Source: Armatimonadia bacterium (lineage in GTDB: Bacteria > Armatimonadota > Zipacnadia > Zipacnadales > UBA11051). From it: a stretch of 37,688 nucleotides of DNA. The notes beneath the pieces were generated by a model. That model did no database searches. It was not told the DNA's origin and saw only the letters and a program-made list of their open reading frames with translations. The stretch is from the NCBI GenBank assembly GCA_039683575.1, contig JBDKRC010000022.1:1-37688 (forward strand). The letters are read 5' to 3'. This document shows, in pieces, positions 17,036 through 26,431 of this stretch. Position 1 is the first letter of the stretch; each line of letters begins with the position of its first letter. The position numbers and the translations under genes were made by a program.

Positions 17036-19426
17036 ATGAGTTTGCCCCAGCCGAATTTCCCCTGCCCCTGCCGGGAGGCCGCACCCGTGGACCTGGCCGC
17101 CGTGGATGAGATCATCCGCGAGCACGGCACGGCTCCGCAGGCCGTGGTGCCGATCCTGCAGGCGCTGCAGAAGCATTACAACTACCTGCCGCAGGAGGCG
17201 CTCCAGCGCGTCTGCGAGTTGACTGAGATCACCCCGGCCCAGATCATGGGCGTCTCCACCTTCTATCCCCGTTTTCGCCACCAGCCAGCCGGAAAGCACG
17301 TGATCAGCGTCTGCCATGGCACCGCCTGCCATGTGAAGGGCGCCGAGCGGGTGAGCGAGGCGTTGCTGCGGCATCTGAAACTGCCCGAGGGCGGGGACAC
17401 CACGGAAGATGGCGTGTTTACACTGCAGCGCGTGGACTGCCTGGGCTGCTGCACGCTGGCGCCTGTTGTGCAGATCGATGGCGTCACCTATGGCCACATC
17501 GCGCCCGATGGCGTGCCACAGATGCTGCAGGACTTCCTGGAGCTTGAGCGGCGCGGGGCACTGAGCCGTCAGGCGAGCGATGCGGAGACGGCCGAGGAAG
17601 GCCCCGAGATCCGCATCGGTGTCGGTTCGTGCTGCATCGCGGGCGGGAGCCTGGATGTGCGGGTGGCGCTGGAGGACACGGTACGGGAACTCGGCGTGGC
17701 CGCGGCGGTCAAGCCAGTGGGCTGTGTCGGCATGTGCCACCAGACGCCGCTGGTGGAAGTACACCTGCCGGGCTGCGAACCCGCGATCTATGCGCGGGTG
17801 CAGCCGGAGGACGCCGCGGACATCGTGCGGCGGCACTTCGCGCCGAAGGGGATTGTGCGCAAGGCGCGGCTGAGCCTGAACCGCGCGTTGGACTGCCTGC
17901 TGACCGACGAGGCGTGGGCGCCGGTGAGCCGCTACAGCGTGGACGTGCGCGACGGTGCGGTCGGAGAGTTCCTTGGCCCGCAGAAGCACCTGGCGACCGA
18001 GCTATACGGTACTGTAGACCCGCTGGACCTTGATGATTACCTCGCCCACGAGGGTTTCATGGCGCTGCGCAAGGCGCTGGGGGAGATGGTCCCCGAGCAG
18101 GTCGTGGGCGCGATCCGTGAGGCGGGGCTGCGCGGGCGTGGCGGTGCGGGTTTCCCGACGGCGACCAAGTGGGAGTTCGTGCGGCAAAATGAGGCGGAGA
18201 CGAAGTATGTCATCTGCAACGGCGACGAGGGCGACCCCGGCGCCTTCATGGACCGCATGCTGCTGGAGTCTTACCCCTTCCGGGTGCTGGAGGGGCTGAT
18301 CATCGCGGCGTACACCGTCGGTGCAAGCGAGGGCTTCCTGTACATCCGCCACGAGTACCCGCTGGCTGTACAACGCATCGAGGCCGCGATTGCGGCGCTG
18401 ATGGCGCGCGGTTTCCTCGGTGACAACATCCTCGGCACCGATTTCTGCCTGAAGCTCTCGATCATGCAGGGCGGGGGGGCGTTTGTATGCGGCGAGGAGA
18501 CCGGACTAATCGCCTCGCTGGAGGGACGGCGGGGCATGCCGCGGCTGCGACCGCCGTTCCCGGCGGAGCAGGGCCTGTGGGGACAGCCGACGCTGGTCAA
18601 TAACGTCGAGACCCTGGCGCTCGTGCCGTGGGTCGTGCGCCACGGGCCACACGCCTTCGCCGGGCTCGGTACGGACGCCAGCAAGGGCACCAAGGTCTTC
18701 TCGCTGACCGGCAAAACGCGCCGCGGCGGGCTGATCGAAGTGCCGATGGGTGTGACGATCCGCCGGATTGTGGAGGAGATCGGCGGCGGAGTGGGGGAGG
18801 GCAGAACCTTCAAAGCGGTACAGATCGGCGGGCCATCCGGTGGGTGCATTCCGGCGGAACTGGCCGACACGCCAATTGACTACGAGAGCCTGCAGGCGGC
18901 GGGGGCGATCATGGGCTCGGGTGGGCTCGTGGTCATGGACGACCGCGACTGCATGGTGGATGTGGCGCGGTACTTCCTCGAGTTCACGCAGCGAGAGTCA
19001 TGCGGCAAGTGCACCTTCTGCCGCATCGGGACCCGGCGGATGCTCGACATACTCGATGCCCTCTGCACGGGCCAGGCGAAGCATGGAGACCTTGAGAAGC
19101 TGGAGAGCCTGGCGCGCCAGGTCAAGCAGGGCAGCCTCTGCGGCCTCGGCCAGACCGCGCCGAATCCCGTTCTGACGACCTTGCGGTACTTCGGCGAGGA
19201 GTACGAAGCCCACCTCGAGGGCAGGTGCCCGGCGGGCAAGTGCAAGGCCCTCATAGCCTATGGCATCAACGACAAATGCATCGGCTGCACGAAATGCGCG
19301 CAGCACTGTCCCGGCGAGGCCATTGCGCTCAAGCCGTATGAGCGGCATATCATTGACCAACGCAAATGCCTGCGCTGCGGGACGTGCCGCGAAATCTGCC
19401 GCCATGACGCGGTGGTGGTAGAGTAA
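17036..19426 (+). CDS. Fused NuoE + thioredoxin-like [2Fe-2S] + NuoF diaphorase with C-terminal 2x[4Fe-4S] (HydC/HydB-like)
   Basis: CHGTAC..CLGCC (NuoE); SCCIAGG..GCVGMC; LRGRGGAGFP, CNGDEGDPGAFMDR, GAFVCGEET and ESCGKCTFCR (NuoF); terminal ferredoxin motifs. Confidence 0.92.
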   Translation: MSLPQPNFPCPCREAAPVDLAAVDEIIREHGTAPQAVVPILQALQKHYNYLPQEALQRVCELTEITPAQIMGVSTFYPRFRHQPAGKHVISVCHGTACHVKGAERVSEALLRHLKLPEGGDTTEDGVFTLQRVDCLGCCTLAPVVQIDGVTYGHIAPDGVPQMLQDFLELERRGALSRQASDAETAEEGPEIRIGVGSCCIAGGSLDVRVALEDTVRELGVAAAVKPVGCVGMCHQTPLVEVHLPGCEPAIYARVQPEDAADIVRRHFAPKGIVRKARLSLNRALDCLLTDEAWAPVSRYSVDVRDGAVGEFLGPQKHLATELYGTVDPLDLDDYLAHEGFMALRKALGEMVPEQVVGAIREAGLRGRGGAGFPTATKWEFVRQNEAETKYVICNGDEGDPGAFMDRMLLESYPFRVLEGLIIAAYTVGASEGFLYIRHEYPLAVQRIEAAIAALMARGFLGDNILGTDFCLKLSIMQGGGAFVCGEETGLIASLEGRRGMPRLRPPFPAEQGLWGQPTLVNNVETLALVPWVVRHGPHAFAGLGTDASKGTKVFSLTGKTRRGGLIEVPMGVTIRRIVEEIGGGVGEGRTFKAVQIGGPSGGCIPAELADTPIDYESLQAAGAIMGSGGLVVMDDRDCMVDVARYFLEFTQRESCGKCTFCRIGTRRMLDILDALCTGQAKHGDLEKLESLARQVKQGSLCGLGQTAPNPVLTTLRYFGEEYEAHLEGRCPAGKCKALIAYGINDKCIGCTKCAQHCPGEAIALKPYERHIIDQRKCLRCGTCREICRHDAVVVE

Positions 19427-21024
19427 TGCCAAATTTGACTATAGACGGACAGGCTGTTGCGGTGCCGGTCGGGGCGACGATCCTCGACGCGGCGCGGCTG
19501 CTTGGGATTGAGATTCCGACGCTGTGTCATCGCGCCGGTTGCCGGCCTGAGACCTCGTGCCTCGTGTGCGTGGTGAGAGTGAATGGCAGCGGTCGGCTCG
19601 TGCCGTCGTGTGCAACGCCTGCGGCGGAGGGCATGGTAGTCGAGAGCGAGACCGACGAAGTCCTCGAAGCGCGACGAACGGCGCTGGAACTGCTGTTCGG
19701 CGACCATCTCGGCGACTGTCTGGCGCCCTGCCAGATGACCTGCCCGGCTGGTCTGAACATCCCAGACATGTTGCGCCTGCTCGACGCCGGGCGTATGACC
19801 GAGGCAGTGGCGCTGGTGAAGCGGCGGATACCGCTGCCGGCGATTGTCGGGCGCATTTGCGCGGCGAATTGCGAACGGGGATGCCGCAGGGCGCAGCTTG
19901 ATAGCGCCATCCAAATCGCGTGTCTCGAGCAGCAAGTGGGGGACTATGATCTGCAGGCCGAGACACCGTACCGGCCCCTGGTGCCACCGGCTACGGGGAT
20001 GCGGATAGCCGTAGTGGGCTCGGGGCTAGTGGGCCTGACCGCGGCGTGGATGCTGCGGCGCGAAGGGCATGTGGTCACGATTATGGAGCCGGGTGAGCGT
20101 TTGGGCGGGGAACTGCTCGCGATGCCTGAAGGGCAACTGCCGGCAGCAGTGCGCGAGGCGGAGATCCAGCGCGTGCTGGACTTGGGGATAGAGGTACGGC
20201 TGCAGGCTGCGGCGGAACCGGATGCCGTGGCGCAGCAATACGACGCGGTTGTGTGGACCTCGCCTCTTGATGAGCAGGTGACGCTGGCGGAGAAGGTGTT
20301 TGCAGTCGCGACGCCCGATCATGCCGCGCGGGCCGTGGCCTCCGGGCGGGAAGTAGCCCGTGAGATCAGCGCGCACCTCCGTGGGGAAGCCAGTCCAGAG
20401 CCACATCGGCCCTTCACGGTGCACATGAGGCGGCTGGAGGCGGAAGAGTTGCAGTGCATGTCCGACTGTAGGGCGGGGGCTCGTACCCCGCCGCAGCCGT
20501 TATCTGCGACCGCCCGGACGGCGGGGTACAAGCCCCCGCCCTACAGCGGAGAGGCCGTCCGCTGCCTGGAATGCGACTGCACTGAGCCCGACACTTGCGC
20601 CCCGCCGCAACCGGACAGCGCCACTACCCCGGCGGGGTACGAGCCCCCGCCCTACAGCGGAGAGGCCGCCCGCTGCCTGAAATGCGACTGCACTGAGCCC
20701 GACACTTGCGCCTTGCGCCGATGGGCAGCGGCGTATGCCGTGCAGCCGCGGCGGTTTGCCGGGCATGAGCGGAAGTTCGAGTTGAATGAAACCCATCCGC
20801 TGATCGTCTTTGAAGCAGGGAAGTGCATAGCTTGTGGGTTGTGCGTACAGATTGCCGAGCGCTACTGCGAGCCGCTCGGGCTGGCCTTCATCGGGCGTGG
20901 CTTCACTGTACGGCCGGGCGTGCCATGGGATGAGACGCTGGCGGAGGGGCTGCAACGGGCGGCGCGGGAATGTGCGGAGGCTTGCCCCACTGCGGCGCTG
21001 AGCTTGAGGGGACCACTACAGTGA
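19426..21024 (+). CDS. NuoG/HydA N-terminal-like [2Fe-2S] + GltD-like Fe-S/FAD + C-terminal [4Fe-4S] oxidoreductase subunit
   Basis: IPTLCH..SCLVCVV..PSC; DCLAPCQMTCP..GRICAANCERGCRR; IAVVGSGLVG; RCLKCDC; CIACGLCV..CAEACP; TAATG coupling. Confidence 0.85.
   Translation: MPNLTIDGQAVAVPVGATILDAARLLGIEIPTLCHRAGCRPETSCLVCVVRVNGSGRLVPSCATPAAEGMVVESETDEVLEARRTALELLFGDHLGDCLAPCQMTCPAGLNIPDMLRLLDAGRMTEAVALVKRRIPLPAIVGRICAANCERGCRRAQLDSAIQIACLEQQVGDYDLQAETPYRPLVPPATGMRIAVVGSGLVGLTAAWMLRREGHVVTIMEPGERLGGELLAMPEGQLPAAVREAEIQRVLDLGIEVRLQAAAEPDAVAQQYDAVVWTSPLDEQVTLAEKVFAVATPDHAARAVASGREVAREISAHLRGEASPEPHRPFTVHMRRLEAEELQCMSDCRAGARTPPQPLSATARTAGYKPPPYSGEAVRCLECDCTEPDTCAPPQPDSATTPAGYEPPPYSGEAARCLKCDCTEPDTCALRRWAAAYAVQPRRFAGHERKFELNETHPLIVFEAGKCIACGLCVQIAERYCEPLGLAFIGRGFTVRPGVPWDETLAEGLQRAARECAEACPTAALSLRGPLQ
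20466..20712. repeat. Family A doublet in frame inside the oxidoreductase CDS, plus a 111-bp-period duplication
   Basis: 28-bp arms at 20466-20493 and 20519-20546 (one mismatch; 81 bp = 27 codons); direct repeat 20520-20601 vs 20631-20712. Confidence 0.92.
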
Positions 21025-21734
21025 CAGCATTGCTGACTCTCCAGAGCGTGACGCGGAGGTTCGACCTCCCCTCGGGGGCGGCGCTGACGGTGCTGGAGGA
21101 GGTCAGCGTGAGCTTCGAGGCGGGGGCTACAGCGGCGATCATCGGGCCCTCGGGCTCGGGCAAGAGCACCTTGCTGAACCTCATCGGCGCGCTTGACCAG
21201 CCCACGTCGGGGCGGATACTGCTGCGTGACATTGAGGTCACGGCACTGCGGGGCGCCGACCTCGCGGCCTATCGCGCGGCCCATGTTGGCTTTGTGTTTC
21301 AGGAGCACCACCTGCTGCCCCAGTTGTCCGCGGTCGAAAACGTACTGCTGCCGACGATGGCGGTTGGCGCTGAGGCCGAGGCGGCGGAGCGGGCGGAAGG
21401 GCTGCTCCAACAGGTGGGACTATCCGACCGCCTCGACGCCTTTCCGGCGCAGCTATCCGGTGGCGAACGCCAGCGCGTGGCGCTGGCGCGGGCGCTGGTG
21501 AATGCTCCGGAACTGCTGCTGTGCGACGAGCCGACTGGGAACCTCGACCACGACACCGGTGCGGAGGTCGTCTCGCTGCTGCTGGACCTTGCGGCACAGC
21601 AGGGCGTCACGGTGCTGATGGTGACCCATAACCTCGAACAGGCGCAGCGGTTTGGGCAGAGGTGGGAACTGCGTGAGGGCAAGCTCATCTCGTTGCCCGC
21701 CCAGGGCGGACAAGGTGGCGGTGAACCTAAGTGA
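21021..21734 (+). CDS. ABC transporter ATP-binding protein, LolD/MacB family
   Basis: GPSGSGKST, GFVFQ, LSGGERQRVA, LLLCDEPTGNLD and VTHN; GTGA overlap at the start. Confidence 0.93.
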   Translation: MTALLTLQSVTRRFDLPSGAALTVLEEVSVSFEAGATAAIIGPSGSGKSTLLNLIGALDQPTSGRILLRDIEVTALRGADLAAYRAAHVGFVFQEHHLLPQLSAVENVLLPTMAVGAEAEAAERAEGLLQQVGLSDRLDAFPAQLSGGERQRVALARALVNAPELLLCDEPTGNLDHDTGAEVVSLLLDLAAQQGVTVLMVTHNLEQAQRFGQRWELREGKLISLPAQGGQGGGEPK

Positions 21735-24700
21735 CGCTTCGTGGGGTGGCCTGGCGCGGGCTGAGGCACTATTGGCAGACCTCGCTGCTGGTGATCGTGG
21801 GTCTCGCGATCGCCGGCGCAGTCGTGACGGGCTCGCTCGTCGTCGGCGACTCGATGCGGGGCAGCCTGCGCGACACGGCGCTGGAGCGGCTGGGCAAGGT
21901 TGACTATGCTCTCGCGCCGCCGCGGGCGCTGGCGGTGGAGGGGCTCCTAGGGAAGCTGCGCAATAACCCGCGCGTGCGGCAGGTCGTGGGCGTAACCAAA
22001 CTCACTGGCAGCGCCACCAACACCACCAGTGAGGCCGCTGCCCCGGACGTTACGATCTGGCTCATCCCCGACGACTTCTGGAAGCTTATCCCCGCAGTAG
22101 ATTCGGCGGCAGTCGCCGGAAATGGTACAGGTGCGGTAGTCAACGCCGCGTTGGCTCGCGATTTGGGGCTTTCTCAAGGCGACGAGGTTCTTCTCACAGC
22201 CGCTCGACCCGCTGAGGCGGGCTCAGGGTCTCTTTTCACTCGACGGGGCCTGCAGGAGGCCGTGTCGTTCCAGCGTTGGCCGGTGACGGCCGTGCTGGGC
22301 GACCATGCTGGCGACTTCCGCATGGAAGCCCAGACCGCGCAGCCCCGCAATATCTTCATCCCCCTTTCCTCCCTGACTTCCGACGGCCCAGCCCCCGAGA
22401 ACACGATCAACACTCTCCTCGTTGAGAGCTACGGCAGCCCGCACGCCGGGGTAGAACTGCAGCAGGCGCTCGGACACGCCGTATCGCTCGACGACTACGG
22501 TCTGTCTGTCCAACGCGCCCGGGGAAGCGGGCGGTTGGTGGTTTTCAGCCAGGATGTGACCTTTTCGGAGGCACAGGTAAAGGCCGTCCGCGAGGCAGCG
22601 CAGCAGGCTGGCGCGACGGCAGCCGCCGCCTCGATCTATGTCGCCACTACGGTGCGCAATCAGTCATCCGGGCGCGTTGCGGCGTATGTGCTGCTGCTGG
22701 GCATGGAGGGCGTGCAGAAGCCACAGCTTCAGGAGTGGGCGGCGCAGGACCTGCAGGCGAAGGTCGGGCAGGCGCTGGGCATCGAATACCCGCTGCCGCA
22801 GCCAGATGGCACACTGCAGACGAAGCGCGCGAGCGTGACGATCGACAGCATTGCGGGCCTGCAGGGGCCGCTGGCGGATGACGCGCTCGTGCCGCGTATC
22901 GCGGGAGTGACCGACTCGCTGGAACTGCGCGATTGGAAGCCGCCCTTCCCCGTGGATATGAGCCGGATCACGCAACGTGACGAGGACTGGTGGCACAAAT
23001 ACCGGGCGACGCCGAAGATTCTGCTGCCCATTGACGCGCTGCGGAGCATGTGGCAGAGCGGTCCCGGCGGCACAGGGGCTGAATTCGTCACCTCGATTGA
23101 AGTGCGCTGCCCGGTGGGACGTGAAACGGCCGTGGCGGCGGCGCTGAAGCGGCTGATACCGTCACGCCTCGACCCCGTGCAGGAGGGCCTCGCATTCAGG
23201 CCGGTGCGCGAGCAGGCGCTGGCGGCGGCGCAGGGCACTTCGGACTTCGCCTCGCTGTTTCTGGGCCTGAGCATGTTCCTGGTCATGTCCGGCGCGGGCC
23301 TGTCGGGAATGCTGCTGCGGCTCGGGCTGGAGCGGCGGTCGTCGCAGCTTGGGCTGATGCTGGCTCTTGGCCTCGATGCACGGCAGGTGCGGAGGGTGCT
23401 CATGAGCGAGGGGGCGGTGTTGACGGTCGCCGGGTCGGTGCTGGGCGTGCCCGCGGGAATTGGATATGCCGGGCTGATGTTGTGGTTGCTCAATCACCAG
23501 TGGCAGGGCGCTCTGGGTGCGATGCCCCGGCTGTGGCTGCACGTGACGCCCCTGAGCGTGCTGGTGGGGCTGCTGGGCGCGGCGGTGGTGGGGATCGTCG
23601 CGGCGGCCTGGGGGCTGAAGGGGATGCTGCGGGCGACGCCGCTGGCGCTGCTTCGCGGGCAGAGCGCGGGCAGGCCCGGCTTCCCCAGCGAGACGGTGCG
23701 CAAGGCATCTGATGAGCGCTCGAAGATGGGACCGGGGCTGCCGCTGCCATCAGCAGCCACCGCGCCGTGGGTGCTGGTGGTTGTGTCGCTTCTAGTGGCT
23801 GTCCTGGTACCGGCCGCGTTGCTTTTGGGCCCAACCGCCTTCTTCTTTGCCGCCGGGGTCGCGCTGCTCGTCGGAGGGCTTCTGGGGGGCAAGCGCGTCC
23901 TGAGCCGCGCGCTACGCAGGCGATGGCGGGGCCGGAGCCTTGGGGCGCTGGCGCTGCGCAACATGGCCGCACACCCGCGTCGGAGCCTGCTGGTAGGGGG
24001 CTTGCTCGCCGGCGCGACGTTTGTCATTGTGGCGGTGGCGGCAAATGCGCGGGACGTACTGCGGGCCGATCCACAGCATAACCCCGCGACGGGCGGGTTC
24101 AGCCTCCGCGCCGTCTCAGCCGCGCCGCTGGCCTACGACCTCTCGACCCCTGCGGGCCGCGAGAACCTCGGCTTCAGCGCCGAGGACGAAGCAATCATGT
24201 CCCGGTGCGTGGTGATGCCCTTCTTCGTCAGCCCCGGCGAGGATGTGAGTTGCCTGAACCTCTCGCGCCCGCAGTCTCCGCGGCTGCTGGGCGTGACCGA
24301 CGCCATGCTCAAGCGCGACGGCTTTCGGCTCAGCGGGTCAAGGGCCTGGATTGCGCTCGCAGGCTCCTCATCGCCCATCGTGCCCGCCTTCGGCGACGCC
24401 GACACGGTCCGCTGGACGCTGCATTCGGGGCCGGGCAAGGTCTATGACACACATGACGCGCATGGGCGACCGCTGCGACTGAAGTTTGTCGGCCTGATTC
24501 ATGGCGGCTTGTTCGCCCGGGAGCTTCTGATCCACGAGACCGCCTTCAGGCGGCTTTACCCGTCCGTGAGCGGCTATTCATACTTCCTGATCCAGACCCC
24601 TGCCGGGCAGGAGCAGGCCGTGGCGGAGGTCCTGCGGCGCAATCTCGGGGACTACGGGCTGCAGGTCCGCACGACTGCGGAGGCCATCGCCGAGGTGATG

Positions 24701-25093
24701 AGCGTTCAGAACACTTACCTGTCCATCTTCCTTGCTCTGGGCGGACTCGGGCTGCTGCTGGGTACAGTGGGGTTGGTCGCCGTGATCGTGCGGGGCGCGC
24801 TTGAGCGGCGACAGGAGCTGGCGCTGCTGCTGGCGACGGGCTTTGATGAGCTGCGCGTGGCGCGGCTGCTGATGATGGAACATGCCGGCCTGCTGGTGGC
24901 TGGAGTGGCGCTGGGGACGGCCGCGGCGCTGCTGGCGGTGGCGCCCCAACTCGTGTCGGCGCAGGCCAATGTGAACTGGACGGCGCTTCTGACCGTCCTC
25001 GCGGGAGTGTTGGTAACCGGGCTAATGAGCTGCGTTTTCGGCGTAAGAATGAGTTTGCGAGGGCCGCTGTTGGCGGCGTTGCGGAGTGAGTAG
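21731..25093 (+). CDS. Large FtsX/MacB-type (type VII) ABC permease with two permease repeats
   Basis: TGSLVVGDSMRGSLR..RLG; two ERR.QL/EL.L..A.G motifs each followed by TM helices; large extracytoplasmic loops; ALRSE C-terminus. Confidence 0.88.
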   Translation: MTLRGVAWRGLRHYWQTSLLVIVGLAIAGAVVTGSLVVGDSMRGSLRDTALERLGKVDYALAPPRALAVEGLLGKLRNNPRVRQVVGVTKLTGSATNTTSEAAAPDVTIWLIPDDFWKLIPAVDSAAVAGNGTGAVVNAALARDLGLSQGDEVLLTAARPAEAGSGSLFTRRGLQEAVSFQRWPVTAVLGDHAGDFRMEAQTAQPRNIFIPLSSLTSDGPAPENTINTLLVESYGSPHAGVELQQALGHAVSLDDYGLSVQRARGSGRLVVFSQDVTFSEAQVKAVREAAQQAGATAAAASIYVATTVRNQSSGRVAAYVLLLGMEGVQKPQLQEWAAQDLQAKVGQALGIEYPLPQPDGTLQTKRASVTIDSIAGLQGPLADDALVPRIAGVTDSLELRDWKPPFPVDMSRITQRDEDWWHKYRATPKILLPIDALRSMWQSGPGGTGAEFVTSIEVRCPVGRETAVAAALKRLIPSRLDPVQEGLAFRPVREQALAAAQGTSDFASLFLGLSMFLVMSGAGLSGMLLRLGLERRSSQLGLMLALGLDARQVRRVLMSEGAVLTVAGSVLGVPAGIGYAGLMLWLLNHQWQGALGAMPRLWLHVTPLSVLVGLLGAAVVGIVAAAWGLKGMLRATPLALLRGQSAGRPGFPSETVRKASDERSKMGPGLPLPSAATAPWVLVVVSLLVAVLVPAALLLGPTAFFFAAGVALLVGGLLGGKRVLSRALRRRWRGRSLGALALRNMAAHPRRSLLVGGLLAGATFVIVAVAANARDVLRADPQHNPATGGFSLRAVSAAPLAYDLSTPAGRENLGFSAEDEAIMSRCVVMPFFVSPGEDVSCLNLSRPQSPRLLGVTDAMLKRDGFRLSGSRAWIALAGSSSPIVPAFGDADTVRWTLHSGPGKVYDTHDAHGRPLRLKFVGLIHGGLFARELLIHETAFRRLYPSVSGYSYFLIQTPAGQEQAVAEVLRRNLGDYGLQVRTTAEAIAEVMSVQNTYLSIFLALGGLGLLLGTVGLVAVIVRGALERRQELALLLATGFDELRVARLLMMEHAGLLVAGVALGTAAALLAVAPQLVSAQANVNWTALLTVLAGVLVTGLMSCVFGVRMSLRGPLLAALRSE

Positions 25094-26266
25094 ATGATCC
25101 GTAGGGATAGCCATAACCGCGTAGTGCGGGCGTCTCGCCCGTTGTGTTGGCTGGGAGACCGCAGATGGTCTCGGCTCGGCCCCTGTCTTCTGGCACTGCT
25201 GTTTGTGGCAGGCCTTGGCTGGGCGGCTGACCGCAACTGGCCATCGTTTCGCGGCAATCAGTCGCTGACCGGCTCCACCGGTGCCGCCTTCACGGATAAG
25301 CCGCGGTTGCGTTGGACCTACCGGGCCGGCGCCTCCATCGAGGCCAACGCTGCCATTGCCGGCGACACGGTCTATCTCGCGACGCGGGGCAAAACCGTCC
25401 TGGCGCTGAATCTGGCCAACGGGAAGTTGAAGTGGCGGTTTGGTGGTGGGGACTACTTCACAGCCTCGCCCTGTGTGGTCGGCGAGACCGTCTATGTGGG
25501 CGATGAGAACGGCACCTTCTGGGCGCTCAACGCTGCGACCGGACGGCCACGGTGGAAATACCGCACCAGCGATAAGATCATTTCGTCGGCGACGCCCGCG
25601 CCTGGTGCTGTGCTCTTTGGCTCGTATGACAACTATCTCTACAAGCTCAACGCCCAGACCGGCAAGAAGATCTGGAGCTTCAAGTCCGGCGCCCAGGTGC
25701 ATACCACCCCCTGCGTGTTCGGCAACAGCGTCGCCATCGCCGGGTGTGACGGTTATGTGCGCGTGATCAGCCTGCAGACCGGCAAGCAGACCGCCGCCGC
25801 GCATTTTGACACCAACTTCGGCGCCTCGCCCGCGCAGGACCGGGGCCTGCTCTTCGTCGGCAGCATGAGTGGCGACTATGCCGCCGTGCGGACCTCCGGC
25901 GCGGTCCTGTGGCAGACAGTGGTGGGGAAGAGCAGCGGCGGGGCCAGCTTCGGCTCTCCCGCAGCCTCCGGCAGCTACGTGGTCTTCCCGTCACGCAACA
26001 ACAGCGTGTTCTGCCTCGACCGCGCCACCGGTGCCACGCGCTGGCGGTTCAACGTGAAGGGCGAGGCGGACTCGTCTCCTGCCATCGCGGGCAACCGCGT
26101 GTTTTTCGGCGCGGACGATGGCAACTTCTACGGAGTGACCCTGGACGGGGGCAGACTCGTCTGGCGGTTTAGGGCGGGGCCTCGAGTGGCGGCCGGGCCG
26201 GCCATCGGGCAGGGCAAGATGGTCATCAGCGCCAGCGACGGCACGGTATACTGTTTCGGCCGCTAG
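25094..26266 (+). CDS. Secreted PQQ-like/BamB-type beta-propeller protein
   Basis: WPSFRGN..TG and regular propeller repeats (ASPCVVG, FGSYDNYLY, DSSPAIAG); exact start uncertain. Confidence 0.87.
   Translation: MIRRDSHNRVVRASRPLCWLGDRRWSRLGPCLLALLFVAGLGWAADRNWPSFRGNQSLTGSTGAAFTDKPRLRWTYRAGASIEANAAIAGDTVYLATRGKTVLALNLANGKLKWRFGGGDYFTASPCVVGETVYVGDENGTFWALNAATGRPRWKYRTSDKIISSATPAPGAVLFGSYDNYLYKLNAQTGKKIWSFKSGAQVHTTPCVFGNSVAIAGCDGYVRVISLQTGKQTAAAHFDTNFGASPAQDRGLLFVGSMSGDYAAVRTSGAVLWQTVVGKSSGGASFGSPAASGSYVVFPSRNNSVFCLDRATGATRWRFNVKGEADSSPAIAGNRVFFGADDGNFYGVTLDGGRLVWRFRAGPRVAAGPAIGQGKMVISASDGTVYCFGR
25115..25141 (+). repeat. Single family C REP-like arm
   Basis: aaccgcgtagtgcgggcgtctcgcccg is the exact reverse complement of 10288-10314. 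Confidence 0.85.
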
Positions 26267-26268
26267 GC

Positions 26269-26357
26269 GGAGGGGCCGAATGTCCGCAGCCATACCGCGG
26301 ACATCCGGCCCATGTGTGGCGCGACGGTGGGCCGGATGCTGCGCATTCGGCCCCTCC
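26269..26357. repeat. REP-like doublet, family D, copy 2
   Basis: ggaggggccgaatg/cattcggcccctcc outer and catccggccca/tgggccggatg inner inverted repeats; homologous to 2763-2861. Confidence 0.85.
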
Positions 26358-26431
26358 ATGGCATTCTGGGGCAACTTTTCTCCCGTCTCGTTTGTCAAAC
26401 GTCAACAATATCCTGAATGAGGTTACCGATT

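Noticed and set aside
17036-21024. Respiratory complex I (nuoEFG) or [FeFe]-hydrogenase
   Set aside because: There are no other nuo genes and no H-cluster or molybdopterin-domain motifs, so no gene symbols were assigned.
19426-21024. Pseudogene call for the oxidoreductase partner
   Set aside because: The frame is intact, both ends are translationally coupled and the Cys motifs are retained; the shortened FAD region alone is insufficient.
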